Assembly: GCF_051105105.1 (NCBI RefSeq)
Contig: NZ_CP185339.1
DNA: 64,000 bases
Direction: 5' to 3' (one strand)
Origin: Nannocystis pusilla
Lineage (GTDB): Bacteria > Myxococcota_A > Polyangia > Nannocystales > Nannocystaceae
Of the stretch, positions 1-10,119 are shown piece after piece (the first letter of the stretch is position 1; each line of letters opens with the position of its first letter). A model generated the notes under the pieces. It ran no database searches. It worked only from the letters and a program-made list of their open reading frames with translations, and had not been told where the DNA came from. The position numbers and the translations under genes were made by a program.

Positions 1-342
1 CTCTGCTCCGCCGTCGCCATCTCGCGCTCGGCGTCGGCCAGCCGCCGCTCGAGCTCGCTACGCCCCGGCACGCTGCCGACCACGAAGTTCGTCAGCGTCT
101 GCCCGCCGCCGAGCTTGAGGTCCTGCGACAGGTAGCCGACCCGCACCCCGCGCGCGAAGCGGATCGTGCCGCGATCGGTGCCCTGCTCATTAGCCAGCAT
201 GCGCAGCAGCGTCGACTTGCCGGACCCGTTGGGGCCGATGAGGCCGATCCGGTCTTCGCGCCCGATCCGCAGGTTCAGAGCCTCGACGATGGTCTTCTTG
301 CCGAAGCCCAGCGACACGTTCTCGAACACGACGATGCTCACG
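1..342 (-). CDS. ABC transporter ATP-binding protein, N-terminal part (gene continues past the window start)
   Basis: Reverse-complement translation from GTG at 342 reads VSIVVFENVSLGFGKKTIVEALNLRIGREDRIGLIGPNGSGKSTLLRMLANEQG..., with Walker A GPNGSGKST. It is absent from the ORF track because it runs off the window edge. Confidence 0.7.
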
Positions 343-409
343 GCCGCGGGTTATCGCCGAACTCCACGGGCGTGCACATGGCCGCTGTGCGCGTACACTC
401 ACGACCGCC

Positions 410-901
410 ATGACGACCCTCGATCCCGACACCCTCGAGCGGCTCAGGCGCCAGGTCCCGCTGCGGCTCGACCGGCGCGGTCAGTTCTTCTTCGAGGACG
501 ACCCCGTCACCCACCCCGGCGTGCGCGCGCTGTTCCTCCGCGGCCTCGATGTCACCCCCGCCGGCGAGCCCAGCCTGCGGGTCGGCGAGCAGTGGTGCTA
601 CCTCCAGGTCGAGGACTGCCTGCTACGCGCCCTCCGGGTCACCCGCGCCGGCGACGGCGCGCCCCAGCTCCACCTCGACGACGGCCGCGACCTCCCGCTC
701 GACCCCGACACCCTGTGGGAAGAGCCCGGTGAGGGCCTGCGCTGCAGCGTCCCCGCCGAGCATAGCGGCCGCCCTCTCAGCGTCCGCTTCACCAACACCG
801 CCCTCGCCGACCTCGCGCCCTGGCTCGACGACGGCGACCCCGTCGCGCTGCGCCTGGGCGACCGGCGCCTGCCGGTCCCGACGCGCCCGCCCGCGGCCTG
901 A
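410..901 (+). CDS. conserved hypothetical protein (possibly DUF1285-like)
   Basis: 163-aa ORF MTTLDPDTLERLRRQVPLRLDRRGQFFFEDDPVTHPGV... with protein-like composition and GC3 bias. Confidence 0.5.
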   Translation: MTTLDPDTLERLRRQVPLRLDRRGQFFFEDDPVTHPGVRALFLRGLDVTPAGEPSLRVGEQWCYLQVEDCLLRALRVTRAGDGAPQLHLDDGRDLPLDPDTLWEEPGEGLRCSVPAEHSGRPLSVRFTNTALADLAPWLDDGDPVALRLGDRRLPVPTRPPAA

Positions 902-904
902 CGC

Positions 905-1325
905 GAGCGCCGACCCGCGACACGCCCGCGTCCTGCGCGACCTCGCTACCTGTCCCATCAGACAGGCCCTCGACCTCGCCGCCTCGCGCCCGCGTCACGC
1001 GCCCCCGCGACCTGTCGCGTCAGACAGACTCTCGACCTCGCCGCCTCGCGCGCGCCCGCGACCTGTCCCGTCAGACAGGCTCCCGACCTCGCCGCCTCGC
1101 GTCCTGCGCGACCTCGCCAGCTGTCTTATCAGCCAGTCTCCGCTGCTTGTCGCCGCCGCCTCGCGTCCTGCGCGGCCCCGCGCTCTGTCTCGTCAGCGAG
1201 CTCTCGACCTCGCCGCCTCGCGCCCGCGCCCTGCGCGACCTGCCCCATCCACAGCGGGCATCTCAACAGGGCCGCGACGCCTGTCCGTTCGGACCTGTCC
1301 AATCGAGCCTGCCCCGAAGAGCCTG
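905..1325. repeat. about six degenerate tandem repeats of ~58-60 bp, each with a CCTGTC-N6-GACAGG palindrome
   Basis: The unit cgcgacctgtcccgtcagacaggctcccgacctcgccgcctcgcg recurs, with variants ctgtcccatcagacagg, ctgtcgcgtcagacaga and ctgtctcgtcagcgag. It sits between two convergent genes. Confidence 0.8.
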
Positions 1326-1326
1326 C

Positions 1327-1758
1327 TCAATCGGACATATTCGCGCCGCCGGGCGACTCCCCCGGCTCCTCGTTGATCTTCTTGCTCGCCTCTTCGTAGG
1401 CCTCGGCCTCCTCCTGCGCCTTCTTCTGCGACGCCAGGATGAAGTCGGGCTCGCCGAGGATCTTCTGCTTGGCCTTGAACTGGTAGGCGTAGAACATCTC
1501 GACGTTGTCGTAGATGGCGCCGCACATCTGGTCGCGCGCCTCGCCGACCAGCGGCTCCTTGGTCGCGGGGTCGACCAGGCGCGTGGCCAGCCACGCATCG
1601 ACGGCCGCGCAGTAGTCGGCGTCGCCGCCGGCGCACACCCCCTTGCTCAGGCGCTCGCACGGGCTGGCGCAGCCGCCGAGGCCGACCGCGAGCAGGAGCG
1701 ACATGGCCCCGAGGACAGGGCGCGACAACGAGCGAACGACAGAAGAAGCGAAGGACAT
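1327..1758 (-). CDS. hypothetical lipoprotein
   Basis: 143 aa. N-terminal signal plus lipobox (LLLAVGLGGCASP), then a charged C-terminal region. Confidence 0.6.
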   Translation of the reverse strand: MSFASSVVRSLSRPVLGAMSLLLAVGLGGCASPCERLSKGVCAGGDADYCAAVDAWLATRLVDPATKEPLVGEARDQMCGAIYDNVEMFYAYQFKAKQKILGEPDFILASQKKAQEEAEAYEEASKKINEEPGESPGGANMSD

Positions 1759-1837
1759 GGCGCGGATGCCGAGGACGCTAGTTTACCGATCCGGGCCGGT
1801 CAAGCGCAACGCTGGCGGGCCCGGGCGCGCGCGACGG

Positions 1838-2758
1838 TCAGTAGCGCGGCACCCCGGAGTCGACCTCGCGCGACCAAGCGTCGATCCCGCCGCGGAGGTT
1901 GTAGACCTCGCGGAAGCCCTGGCTGACGAAGAACTCGGCGGCCGCCTGCGAGCGCACCCCGTGGTGGCAGTGGAAAGCCAGCGGCGTCCCGCGATCGAGC
2001 TCCAGGATCTCCGCGCGCACCGCCTCGTCGACCAGGCGTGCCCCGGCGATCGCCGCGATGGCCTGCTCCTGCGGCGTGCGGACGTCGAACAGCCGCACCG
2101 CGCCCTGCGCGAGCTTGCCCTGCAGCTCGCGCGCGGTGATCGGGCGCACCTGCGCCGGCGCGTTGGGGTTCTCGATGGCGAACCCGGCCTCGCCGTCGCG
2201 CTCGACGAAGTCGAGGCGCAGACCCTCGGCCCTGGCGGCGCTCATGCAATCGAACAGCAGCGTGATGCCCTCGACGACGACCTCGAGGTCGCCGGGCTCG
2301 CGGCCCTCGACCGCCAGGTCGTGCTCGAAGCGCGGGCTGATGCGCACGCGGATGGCCTCGCCGGGGCCCGCCTCCGCCGTGACCTCGCGGAACACCCCGG
2401 CCGCGCGCGCGCTCACCTGCACCTGCGGCGGCTTCACCTCCGCCGCCCCGAGCAGGGTCGCCAGCTCGCCCGACGCGTGCATCTCGCGGACGATGTCGGC
2501 GCCGCCGACGAACTCGCCGCGCACGTAGAGCTGCGGGATCGTCGGCCACGCCGAGAACTCCTTGATGCCCTCGCGCAGCTCCGCGTCGGCCAGCACGTCG
2601 ACGCTGGTCCACTGCGGCACCAGCGAGTCCAGCACCTCGACCACGCCGGCCGAGAAGCCGCACGCCGGTCGGAACCGCGTGCCCTTCATGAACAGCACCA
2701 CCGAGTCGGCGGTGATGAGCCCCTGGATCCTGTCTCGCAGCGCCTCTGTCAGCGGCAT
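1838..2758 (-). CDS. monothiol glutaredoxin (Grx4 family, CGFS) fused to a rhodanese domain
   Basis: N-terminus VVLFMKGTRFRPACGFS...PQLYVRGEFVGG is the Grx CGFS motif. C-terminus LFDVRTPQE...FHCHHGVRS...NLRGGIDAW is a rhodanese domain with its active-site Cys. Confidence 0.8.
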   Translation of the reverse strand: MPLTEALRDRIQGLITADSVVLFMKGTRFRPACGFSAGVVEVLDSLVPQWTSVDVLADAELREGIKEFSAWPTIPQLYVRGEFVGGADIVREMHASGELATLLGAAEVKPPQVQVSARAAGVFREVTAEAGPGEAIRVRISPRFEHDLAVEGREPGDLEVVVEGITLLFDCMSAARAEGLRLDFVERDGEAGFAIENPNAPAQVRPITARELQGKLAQGAVRLFDVRTPQEQAIAAIAGARLVDEAVRAEILELDRGTPLAFHCHHGVRSQAAAEFFVSQGFREVYNLRGGIDAWSREVDSGVPRY

Positions 2759-2866
2759 CCCGGCAGTGTACTACCGCCCGCCGAACTCGCCTCTCGTCGG
2801 CGCGCGTGCGGCTTCTCAGGCGCCTCGTCCCCGGCCCGGGCTTGCACCTGCTATCGTGACGGACGC

Positions 2867-3385
2867 ATGTCGCGTCGTGCGTCGCTCCTCGCCCTGGTGG
2901 TCGCCCCCTGCATCAGCACCGCCTGCAACAGCGACGACCTGCTCGGCGGGCTCGACCAGCCCGACACCACCAGCACCAGCACGGGCACCACGACCACCAC
3001 CGGAGAGCCGCCGACCACCGGCGAGCTCACGACCACGACGACCACCACCGGCGGCGACACCACCACCGGCGGCAGCAGCACCACCCTCGCGCCGGAGCCG
3101 CCGCCGACCTGCGGCGAGCTGCTCGACTGCGTCCTCCCGTGCGCCCTCAGCCTCGACCTCGAGTGCGCCCAGATGTGCGCCGACGGGCTCTCGCCCGAAG
3201 AGGCCGGCAAGGCCTTCGAGCTGGCCCTCTGCGTCGGCATGTCCTGCTTCGAGAGCGAGGCTTGCACCGCCGACACCTTGATGGACCCGGTGTGCCTGGC
3301 GTGCATCGGCTTCCTCCTCATGGACGACAACCCCGCCGGCTGCGAGGCCGAGGCCGAGGCCTGCGCCGCGCCGCCCGGCGAATGA
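2867..3385 (+). CDS. secreted Cys-rich lipoprotein with a Thr-rich linker (myxobacterial Cys-rich repeat type)
   Basis: MSRRASLLALVVAPCISTACNS is a signal plus lipobox. A poly-Thr/Gly linker follows, then a CxxxC-rich C-terminal domain. The start was recomputed inside the long ORF 1643..3385. Confidence 0.65.
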   Translation: MSRRASLLALVVAPCISTACNSDDLLGGLDQPDTTSTSTGTTTTTGEPPTTGELTTTTTTTGGDTTTGGSSTTLAPEPPPTCGELLDCVLPCALSLDLECAQMCADGLSPEEAGKAFELALCVGMSCFESEACTADTLMDPVCLACIGFLLMDDNPAGCEAEAEACAAPPGE

Positions 3386-3495
3386 GAAATTCTTGCGTGG
3401 CCGCGCCGAAGCGGCGCCTCGCCGGCTCACGACGCCCGAACGCGCGAGTCCGGGCCCGCTTGTCGGCGGGCGTGCGCGCGGCGTATAGATGCCCG

Positions 3496-3891
3496 GTGTC
3501 GACCTCCGAGGCGATCACCAACGGCGTGCGCGTGCGCGTCGCGTCGCAGTACCTCCCCGAACACTCGCACGCCGGCCAGAGCGAGCGGCAGTGGTTCTTC
3601 GCCTATACCGTGAAGATCTCCAACGAGGGCATCGACACGGTGCAGCTCGTCAGTCGTCACTGGGTCATCACCGACGCCAACGGCCGCACCGAGGAGGTCC
3701 GCGGCGCCGGCGTCGTCGGGGCCCAGCCGGTCCTCGCGCCGGGCGAGTCGTTCGAGTACACCTCGGGCTGCCCGCTGAAGACCGCCTACGGCACCATGCG
3801 CGGCACCTACCAGATGGTCACCGACGACGGCCAGCAGTTCGACGCCGAGATCGCCCCGTTCGCCCTCAACATCCCCTACGCAGTGAACTGA
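3496..3891 (+). CDS. apaG: ApaG (DUF525) protein
   Basis: VSTSEAITNGVRVRVASQYLPEHS...FFAYTVKISNEGIDTVQLVSRHWVITDANGRTEEVRGAGVVGAQPVLAPGESFEYTSG matches the ApaG fold. The GTG start lies in-frame within ORF 3139..3891. Confidence 0.8.
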   Translation: MSTSEAITNGVRVRVASQYLPEHSHAGQSERQWFFAYTVKISNEGIDTVQLVSRHWVITDANGRTEEVRGAGVVGAQPVLAPGESFEYTSGCPLKTAYGTMRGTYQMVTDDGQQFDAEIAPFALNIPYAVN

Positions 3892-3892
3892 G

Positions 3893-4804
3893 ATGACACG
3901 CGCGTCGCTGCTCCTCACCTCGCTCGCCCTCTTCGCTTGCAGCACCGGCGACGACCCGGGCGACAGCAGCAGCGACAGCGGCGTCACCACGGCCACCGCG
4001 GGCACCGCTCCGTCGACCACCGACGACTCGACCACGACGACCGGCACCTCGACCGAGCCGACGCCGACCACCAGCGACGGCACCACCACCGGCGACCCGA
4101 CGTCGACCTCGACCTCGACCACCACCGGCAGCACCACCGACGAGACCTCCGGCACGACCGGCCCGATCTGCGACCCCGGTCAGGCTGGCTGCGTGTGCGA
4201 CGGTGACGCCTGCGCCGACGGCCTCGAGTGCGTCGACGGCATCTGCGTGCCCGCGCTGGCCTGCGACGGCGACCTCGGCGAGCCCGACGACACCGAGGCG
4301 AACGCCCAGGACCTCGGCGAGATCACCGACGACGACGATGTCACCGTCATGGCCGACGGCGTGCTCAGCGGCGCCGGCAACGTCGACTGGTACACCTACC
4401 ACGGCCTCGACACCTTCGGCCACGTCGCCGAGCCGACCGTCAAGGTCACCTCGTCCGCCAGCGTGCGCGTGTGTCAGTTCATCGAGTGCGACCAGGGCGG
4501 CGCCGTCGGCACCGAAATCACCTGCCCCGAGGGTACGCAGACCGCCCTGTCCGGCGCCCTGCGCCCCGGCTGCTGCGGCGGCGCGACCTTCACCGTGTCC
4601 GACTTCAACTGCTCCGGCAGCTCCGACGACATCCAGGTCTACGTCCGCATCGACAAGCCGACCCAGGACGAGTGCGTCGAGTACGGCCTCGTCTCGCACA
4701 ATTCGAGCTTCACCCGGACGGCGCCGCGTCTGGCCTCCCGGACAGCCTGTCCCGAAGGCCAGCCTACTGCGGCGCCCCGTCGGGCACCTGCGGCGACACG
4801 GTGA
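3893..4804 (+). CDS. secreted Cys-rich lipoprotein with a Thr/Ser-rich linker
   Basis: MTRASLLLTSLALFACSTGDD gives the lipobox. A long T/S-rich linker leads into a Cys-rich domain (CDPGQAGCVCDGDACADGLECVDGICVP...). Its 3' end overlaps the convergent gene. Confidence 0.65.
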   Translation: MTRASLLLTSLALFACSTGDDPGDSSSDSGVTTATAGTAPSTTDDSTTTTGTSTEPTPTTSDGTTTGDPTSTSTSTTTGSTTDETSGTTGPICDPGQAGCVCDGDACADGLECVDGICVPALACDGDLGEPDDTEANAQDLGEITDDDDVTVMADGVLSGAGNVDWYTYHGLDTFGHVAEPTVKVTSSASVRVCQFIECDQGGAVGTEITCPEGTQTALSGALRPGCCGGATFTVSDFNCSGSSDDIQVYVRIDKPTQDECVEYGLVSHNSSFTRTAPRLASRTACPEGQPTAAPRRAPAATR

Positions 4805-5318
4805 TCGGCCGCCCGCGCAGCACCGCGAAGAACGCGATCAGCAGCGCGACTGTCCCGTAGGACAGCCCGAGCACCACCCCCGCGTCGACGATCCCGCGCC
4901 ACGGCTGGTCCAGCCCGCGGACCAGGCTGACGAGCGCGGTCACGCCGATCACCAGGCCCCACGACAGGATGAGCCGCTTGCGGTTGGCGAAGAACAGCCC
5001 CATGCAGAACAGCGGCGCCAGCGCCACGTGCAGCGGCCGCGGGTAGCGGGCCAGGTAGAACGCCCGCGCCACCGCCCGCGGCACGAACGCCTTCTGAAAG
5101 CCCTTGTAGCCCTCGGCGTACAGGTTGAACAGCGACCACCCGACGTACAGCGCCCACTGCAGCGGCGTCATCCCGGTCGTCAGCGGCTCGATCGCCAGCG
5201 GCGTCAGGCGGGCGAGCGCGCTCGCCAGCAGCGCGACCACCCCGAGCATGCCCCACCCCGCGATCAGCACGGCGGCGGGCGTACGGGGCGGGAACAGGCG
5301 GACCATCGCGCTCGTCAT
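4764..5318 (-). CDS. hypothetical integral membrane protein
   Basis: 184 aa with several hydrophobic helices (LIAGWGMLGVVALLASALA, LVIGVTALVSLV, LLIAFFAVL). Confidence 0.55.
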   Translation of the reverse strand: MTSAMVRLFPPRTPAAVLIAGWGMLGVVALLASALARLTPLAIEPLTTGMTPLQWALYVGWSLFNLYAEGYKGFQKAFVPRAVARAFYLARYPRPLHVALAPLFCMGLFFANRKRLILSWGLVIGVTALVSLVRGLDQPWRGIVDAGVVLGLSYGTVALLIAFFAVLRGRPITVSPQVPDGAPQ

Positions 5319-5479
5319 GGGCGCGCGAATGTACCCCGACGCCGCCGCCCTGACGACCCGTGCGACCGGAGCGCGCGCCGCCGCAGCCGCGGTTTCCTCG
5401 CGCGCGCTTTCACACGAGCCGCTCCGGCCGCGGGGACGACCGGGACGACCTGCGAGGGCTCTAGGCGGGGCCCCGCAGC

Positions 5480-5720
5480 CTCACGCCCACGCACGATCGA
5501 CCTGTCCCTCGAGACAGCCGAATCCACCAGCCTCGACGCCTCCGAAATTCACCTGTCTCTCGGGACATGAGCGCGCGCGCGTCTCCGGCGCTTGCAGATT
5601 CATGGGTCGCACGAGATAGCCGTCGCGCCTGCCCCGAGTCCGCGAACTCACCTGTCTCTCGGGTCAGTCATCCGCGACTCCGCGCCTCCGAATCACCTGT
5701 CCTTCAAGACATCTCGCTCC
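5480..5720. repeat. cluster of REP-like elements (cacctgtc-N6-gacatg units)
   Basis: The unit ccgaa(a)t(t)cacctgtctctcgggacatg repeats three times, downstream of the GNAT gene's 3' end. Confidence 0.6.
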
Positions 5721-5756
5721 GCGGCCCCACGCCGCCGAGCCCGCGGACGCGGCGTC

Positions 5757-6236
5757 TCAACTCAGCCGCTTGCGCATCGCCACGCAGCGCTGCGGCGGCC
5801 GCGTGCCGCTGTCGCGGGTGTCGCGGCGCCAACCGAGCCGCTCGTAGAAACCGACCGCGTTGAGCGTGGCCGACAGGCGCAGCTCCGCGGTACCGAACGC
5901 CCGGGCGACTCGCTCGACGCGCTGCATCAGCCGCAGGCCGAGCCCGCCGCCGGTCGCCTCCGGGCTGACGTACATCGCTCGCACCTCGCGGGTCGCCAGG
6001 CGGACGGCCGCGAACGCCACGACTTGCCCGGCGCGCTCGGCCACGTAGACCGTCGACGAGCGCAGCATGCGGTCGTACAGCCCCGGGCTCGGCGCGAGCC
6101 ACTGCTCGATCGCCTGCGGCGAGTAGTGGTTGGCGCACAGCGCTCGCACCGAGGCAGCATGGACCGTGGCGATCGCGGCGAGGTCAGCAGGCCGCGCCAG
6201 CCGGATCGACGGCGCCCGCACCGCATGAGTGTACAC
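5757..6236 (-). CDS. GNAT family N-acetyltransferase
   Basis: IRLARPADLAAIATVHAAS...VVAFAAV...GGGLGLRLMQRVERVARAFG has the acetyl-CoA binding motif pattern. Confidence 0.8.
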   Translation of the reverse strand: MYTHAVRAPSIRLARPADLAAIATVHAASVRALCANHYSPQAIEQWLAPSPGLYDRMLRSSTVYVAERAGQVVAFAAVRLATREVRAMYVSPEATGGGLGLRLMQRVERVARAFGTAELRLSATLNAVGFYERLGWRRDTRDSGTRPPQRCVAMRKRLS

Positions 6237-6259
6237 TTGGATCAGGAGTAATTCGCACC

Positions 6260-6964
6260 ATGCATCACTACGGCATCCTGGCGCTCGGCGTCGCCGGCCT
6301 CCTCCTCGCCGCGTGCGACCCCGGGACGGCGAGCAAGGCCGAGCCCGCCCCTGCTCCGAGCAAAGTCGCCGCGCCCCCGCCGGCCGAGACCAAACCGGCT
6401 CCGCCGCCCGCGCCCGCGCCTGTCGGCCCGGGCCAGCTCGACGCCGACCTCGTGCGCGCAGCCGGCACGGCTCAGGGGGTCGAGAAGATCAAGGTCGAGC
6501 TCGAGAAGGACGGCTCGGTGCGCTACCTGTCCGTCTATCACCAGGACGCCGCTGCCGTGCCCGAGCCGGTGCGCAAGCAGCTCGACGCGACCTATCCCGG
6601 CGCCAAGGTGCTGCGCTACGAGACCGAATACGTGGTCCCGCACGGCCGCCTGCACGAGGTCGAGGTCGAGACCGCCGACAAGCAGCAGTGCGAGCTCAGC
6701 GCGAGGGCCGACGGCGGCGTCGTCTACACCGAATGCCACATTGACGCCAAGGCGCTTCCCGAGCCCGTGCGCGCCGCGTTCGACAAGGCCCACCCCGGCG
6801 CAGCGATCAAGGAGGTCGAGAAGAAGACCCTGACCGGCGCCGGCGACGAGTACGAGATCGAGTTCGAGGCCGGCGGTCGCCTGCACGAGCTCTACTTCAA
6901 GCCCGACGGCGCCGTGATCCGCCACGAGCTGGTGATCCCCGCCGTCATCGAGGTCCCGGCCTAG
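6260..6964 (+). CDS. lipoprotein with tandem PepSY-like repeats
   Basis: Signal plus lipobox LLLAACDP. Two repeated modules (KIKVELEKDGSVRYLSVYH... and IKEVEKKTLTGAGDEYEIEFEAGGRLHELYF) are typical of PepSY-type domains. Confidence 0.6.
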   Translation: MHHYGILALGVAGLLLAACDPGTASKAEPAPAPSKVAAPPPAETKPAPPPAPAPVGPGQLDADLVRAAGTAQGVEKIKVELEKDGSVRYLSVYHQDAAAVPEPVRKQLDATYPGAKVLRYETEYVVPHGRLHEVEVETADKQQCELSARADGGVVYTECHIDAKALPEPVRAAFDKAHPGAAIKEVEKKTLTGAGDEYEIEFEAGGRLHELYFKPDGAVIRHELVIPAVIEVPA

Positions 6965-7163
6965 CCTTTCGGACATGCCCCAATAGACAGCTCTCGCGCC
7001 CGGCCGATCGCGCGTCCCCCGCACCGAAGTGGGGAGCTGTCCTTTGGACCAGCTCGATCGAGATCTGCGTCCGCCCGGCCGCCCGCTACCGGCGACCCAA
7101 GCGAGCGCGCCGCCGCGGGGTCTCCCCCGGGGCGGCGCACTGGCTCAATTTTCGACGCAGGAC

Positions 7164-7688
7164 TCAGTCGTCGCCGTAGTCGTCGTCGCGCCGACGGCCG
7201 CCGCGACCGCCACGGCCGCCGCCGCCGCCACGACCACCGCCGCCGCCGCCGCCGCGACCACCGCCGCCGCCGCCGCCGCCGCCCCAGCCGCCGCCGCCGC
7301 CGCCGCCGCGACCACCGCCGCCGCCGCCGCCGCCCCAGTCACGGCCGCCGCCGCCGCCGCCGCCACCGCGGGGGCCGCCGCCACCGCCCTGGAAGCCGCC
7401 CGACGGGGCACGCTCGACGAAGGGCCGCGAGGGCCAATCGCTGCGGGCGCGCTCGACCGCGGCGTCGCAGCGGATGGTCCGCCCGTCGAGCACCGCGCCG
7501 TTCATCGCCTCGAGCGCGGCACGACCGGCCGCCTCATCGGCGAACGTCACGAACCCGAAACCACGGCTGCGCATGGTCTCCTTGTCCTTGACGACGATCG
7601 CCTCGTCGACCTTACCGAAGGGTTCAAAGGCCGCGCGCAGGCTCTCGTCGCCCGTCGCCCACGCCAGTCCACCGACGAAAATTTTCAC
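7164..7688 (-). CDS. RRM-domain RNA-binding protein with a Gly/Arg-rich tail
   Basis: [49 protein letters not shown] carries RNP2 and RNP1 (RGFGFVTF). A (G)n-R repeat tail follows. RBS aggagag and an AT-richer leader lie upstream. Confidence 0.85.
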   Translation of the reverse strand: MKIFVGGLAWATGDESLRAAFEPFGKVDEAIVVKDKETMRSRGFGFVTFADEAAGRAALEAMNGAVLDGRTIRCDAAVERARSDWPSRPFVERAPSGGFQGGGGGPRGGGGGGGGRDWGGGGGGGGRGGGGGGGWGGGGGGGGGRGGGGGGGRGGGGGRGGRGGRRRDDDYGDD

Positions 7689-8121
7689 TTCTGTCTCTCT
7701 CCTATTCTCTCTTCACTGCACGCCACGTCGGCCGTGGCTCGCGGCGCCCTGAGCGGGACCGCGTCGTTGCGTCGACACTCCACAAGCGACACGCCGGACG
7801 CACACGCGCGACGCGACCGGAGCGAGGCCGGCTGCGACCCGGCGGGCTCCGTGAGTGCCGATTGAGGTCATGACCAGGGGCAGGATCCGCCCTCGGCCCG
7901 GGCCCTGTCAACCTCCGCGAACCCCTCCGGCGGCGATTTCACCTCACGCGGCCGGGGCCTGAAATTCGCCTCACCCCCTGGAAGCCTGCGGCCCGGGCGG
8001 CCATGCCGCGCCGACCTCCTCCACCCGGCGGATCGCCTCACCGGCCGGCGCACGCCGAGGTGGGCGTGCCCTCCCCCACAATTGCCGCGCCGGCGGCCCA
8101 GGCGGAGGTAGAGTCCGCCCC

Positions 8122-10038
8122 GTGCCGATCGCAAGCCTGCGCCAGGTCGAAAAGAGCTACGGCGTCCGCCGCGTCCTCGCCGGCGTCAACCTCACCTTGA
8201 TGACCGGCGAGCGCGTCGGGCTGGTCGGCAACAACGGCTCGGGAAAAACCACTTTGGCCCGGATCCTCGCCGGCCTGGACGCCCCCGACGCCGGTGAAGT
8301 GGTCCTCCGCCGCGACGCCGCGATCGCGTATCTCGAGCAGGAGCCGCGTCTCCCACCCGGTCTCACCGCCCTCGAAGCCGTCCTCAGCGGCCTCGGCCAG
8401 TGGTCTGCCGCCCGCGCCCGCTACGACGCGGCCACCGCGAGCCTCGAGCGGGCCGCCGGGGCGGCGGTCGACGCCCTGGTGACCGAGCAGGCGGCGGCCG
8501 CCGCGGAGATCGAGCGCTGCGGAGGTTGGTCGCGGGCGGCGGAGGCCGAGTCGTACCTCGCGCGCCTCGGCGTCCGCGATCCCGCCGCGCCGACCGAGCG
8601 CCTCAGCGGCGGCGAGCGGCGCCGCGTCGCCCTCGCGGCCCTGCTGGCGCGCCGGCCCGACCTCGCGGTGCTCGACGAGCCGACCAACCATCTCGACGTC
8701 GCCGCGATCGAGTGGCTCGAGCGCCACCTCGCCGAGGACTACAGCGGCGCCGTCCTCCTCATCACCCACGATCGCTACATCCTCGACCGCGTGTGCACGC
8801 GGACCTTCGAGGTCGACCGCGGCGAGGTCTACGCCTACGACGGGGGCTTCGGCGCGTACCTCGAGGCCAAGGCCGAGCGCATGGCCCACGCCCAGCGCAC
8901 CGAGGCCAACCGCCAGAACTTCCTCCGCCGCGAGCTCGAGTGGTTGCGGCGCCAGCCCAAGGCGCGGACCACCAAGCAGACCGCGCGGGTCAACCGGGCC
9001 GAGGCCGAGCTGGCCAAGTCGGGCCCGCAGCGCGAGCGTCGGGTCGAGCTGTCCCTCGAGGCAGCTCGCAGCGGCAAGACGATCCTCGAGCTGCGCGGCG
9101 TCACCCTCGAGCTCGGCCGCGTGCTCGTCCGCGACTTCACCCTCGCCCTCAATCAGGGCGAGCGGATCGGCGTCGTCGGCCCCAACGGCAGCGGCAAGAC
9201 CACCTTGCTGCGCTCGATCGTCGGCCAGCTCCCCCCGACCTCCGGCGAGATTGTCCGCGGCAAGCACACCGCGATCGCCTACCTCGACCAGAACCGCTCC
9301 GGCCTCGACGACGATCGCAGCGTCTACGACAACATCGCCGAGCGGCGCCGCGGCCTCGAGCTCGGCGGCGGTCACCCGCTCGACATCGCCCGCTACCTCG
9401 AGCGCTTCCTCTTCGACCCCAGCGCCTACGCCCAGAAGGTCGGCTCGCTGTCGGGCGGCGAGCGGGCCCGCGTCGCCCTCGCAGTGCTGCTGTCGGGCGC
9501 CTCCAACCTCGTCCTCCTCGACGAGCCGACCAACGACCTCAACGTCGCCACCCTCGGCGCGGTCGAGGAGATGCTGCTCGACTTCGCCGGCGCCGCGATC
9601 ATCGTCACGCACGATCGCTGGTTCCTCGATCGCGTCGCCACCTCGATCCTCGCCTTCGAGGGCGACGGCAAGGTCGTGCGCCACCACGGCAACTACAGCG
9701 ACTACCTCGAGCGCCTGGCCGAGACCGAAGCGGCCGCCGAACCACAGCCCGTCGCCCGAGCCGCGCCCGCCGCCGCCAGGCCCGCCGCGCCCGCCGCCAA
9801 GCGCGGCCTCAACTACTCCGAGAAGCGCGAGCTCGAGGGGCTCCTCGGCAAGATCGAGGCCGCCGAGGGCGAGGTCCAGGAGCTCGAGGCCAAGCTCGGC
9901 GACCCCACGGTTTACAGCGCCGGCAAGGACCAGGTCGCGGAGCTGGTGCGCAAGCTCGACGCGGCCCGTCAGCGCGCCGCCGCCCTCGTCACGCGCTGGG
10001 AGGAGCTCGAGCAGCGGAGCGCGGACGCCGGGGCCTGA
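8122..10038 (+). CDS. ABC-F family ATPase (Uup/EttA-like), two ABC domains
   Basis: [37 protein letters not shown], and a second cassette [14 protein letters not shown]...[14 protein letters not shown]-terminal coiled-coil and a GTG start with RBS ggagg are present. Confidence 0.9.
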   Translation: MPIASLRQVEKSYGVRRVLAGVNLTLMTGERVGLVGNNGSGKTTLARILAGLDAPDAGEVVLRRDAAIAYLEQEPRLPPGLTALEAVLSGLGQWSAARARYDAATASLERAAGAAVDALVTEQAAAAAEIERCGGWSRAAEAESYLARLGVRDPAAPTERLSGGERRRVALAALLARRPDLAVLDEPTNHLDVAAIEWLERHLAEDYSGAVLLITHDRYILDRVCTRTFEVDRGEVYAYDGGFGAYLEAKAERMAHAQRTEANRQNFLRRELEWLRRQPKARTTKQTARVNRAEAELAKSGPQRERRVELSLEAARSGKTILELRGVTLELGRVLVRDFTLALNQGERIGVVGPNGSGKTTLLRSIVGQLPPTSGEIVRGKHTAIAYLDQNRSGLDDDRSVYDNIAERRRGLELGGGHPLDIARYLERFLFDPSAYAQKVGSLSGGERARVALAVLLSGASNLVLLDEPTNDLNVATLGAVEEMLLDFAGAAIIVTHDRWFLDRVATSILAFEGDGKVVRHHGNYSDYLERLAETEAAAEPQPVARAAPAAARPAAPAAKRGLNYSEKRELEGLLGKIEAAEGEVQELEAKLGDPTVYSAGKDQVAELVRKLDAARQRAAALVTRWEELEQRSADAGA

Positions 10039-10119
10039 CGTCGCGGCGCGGCCGGCGTCCCGCGCGTCCGCGGGCTTTATCCGCTTGGGTGTCCGCGCAA
10101 CTGCTTCTATCCTGGCCTC

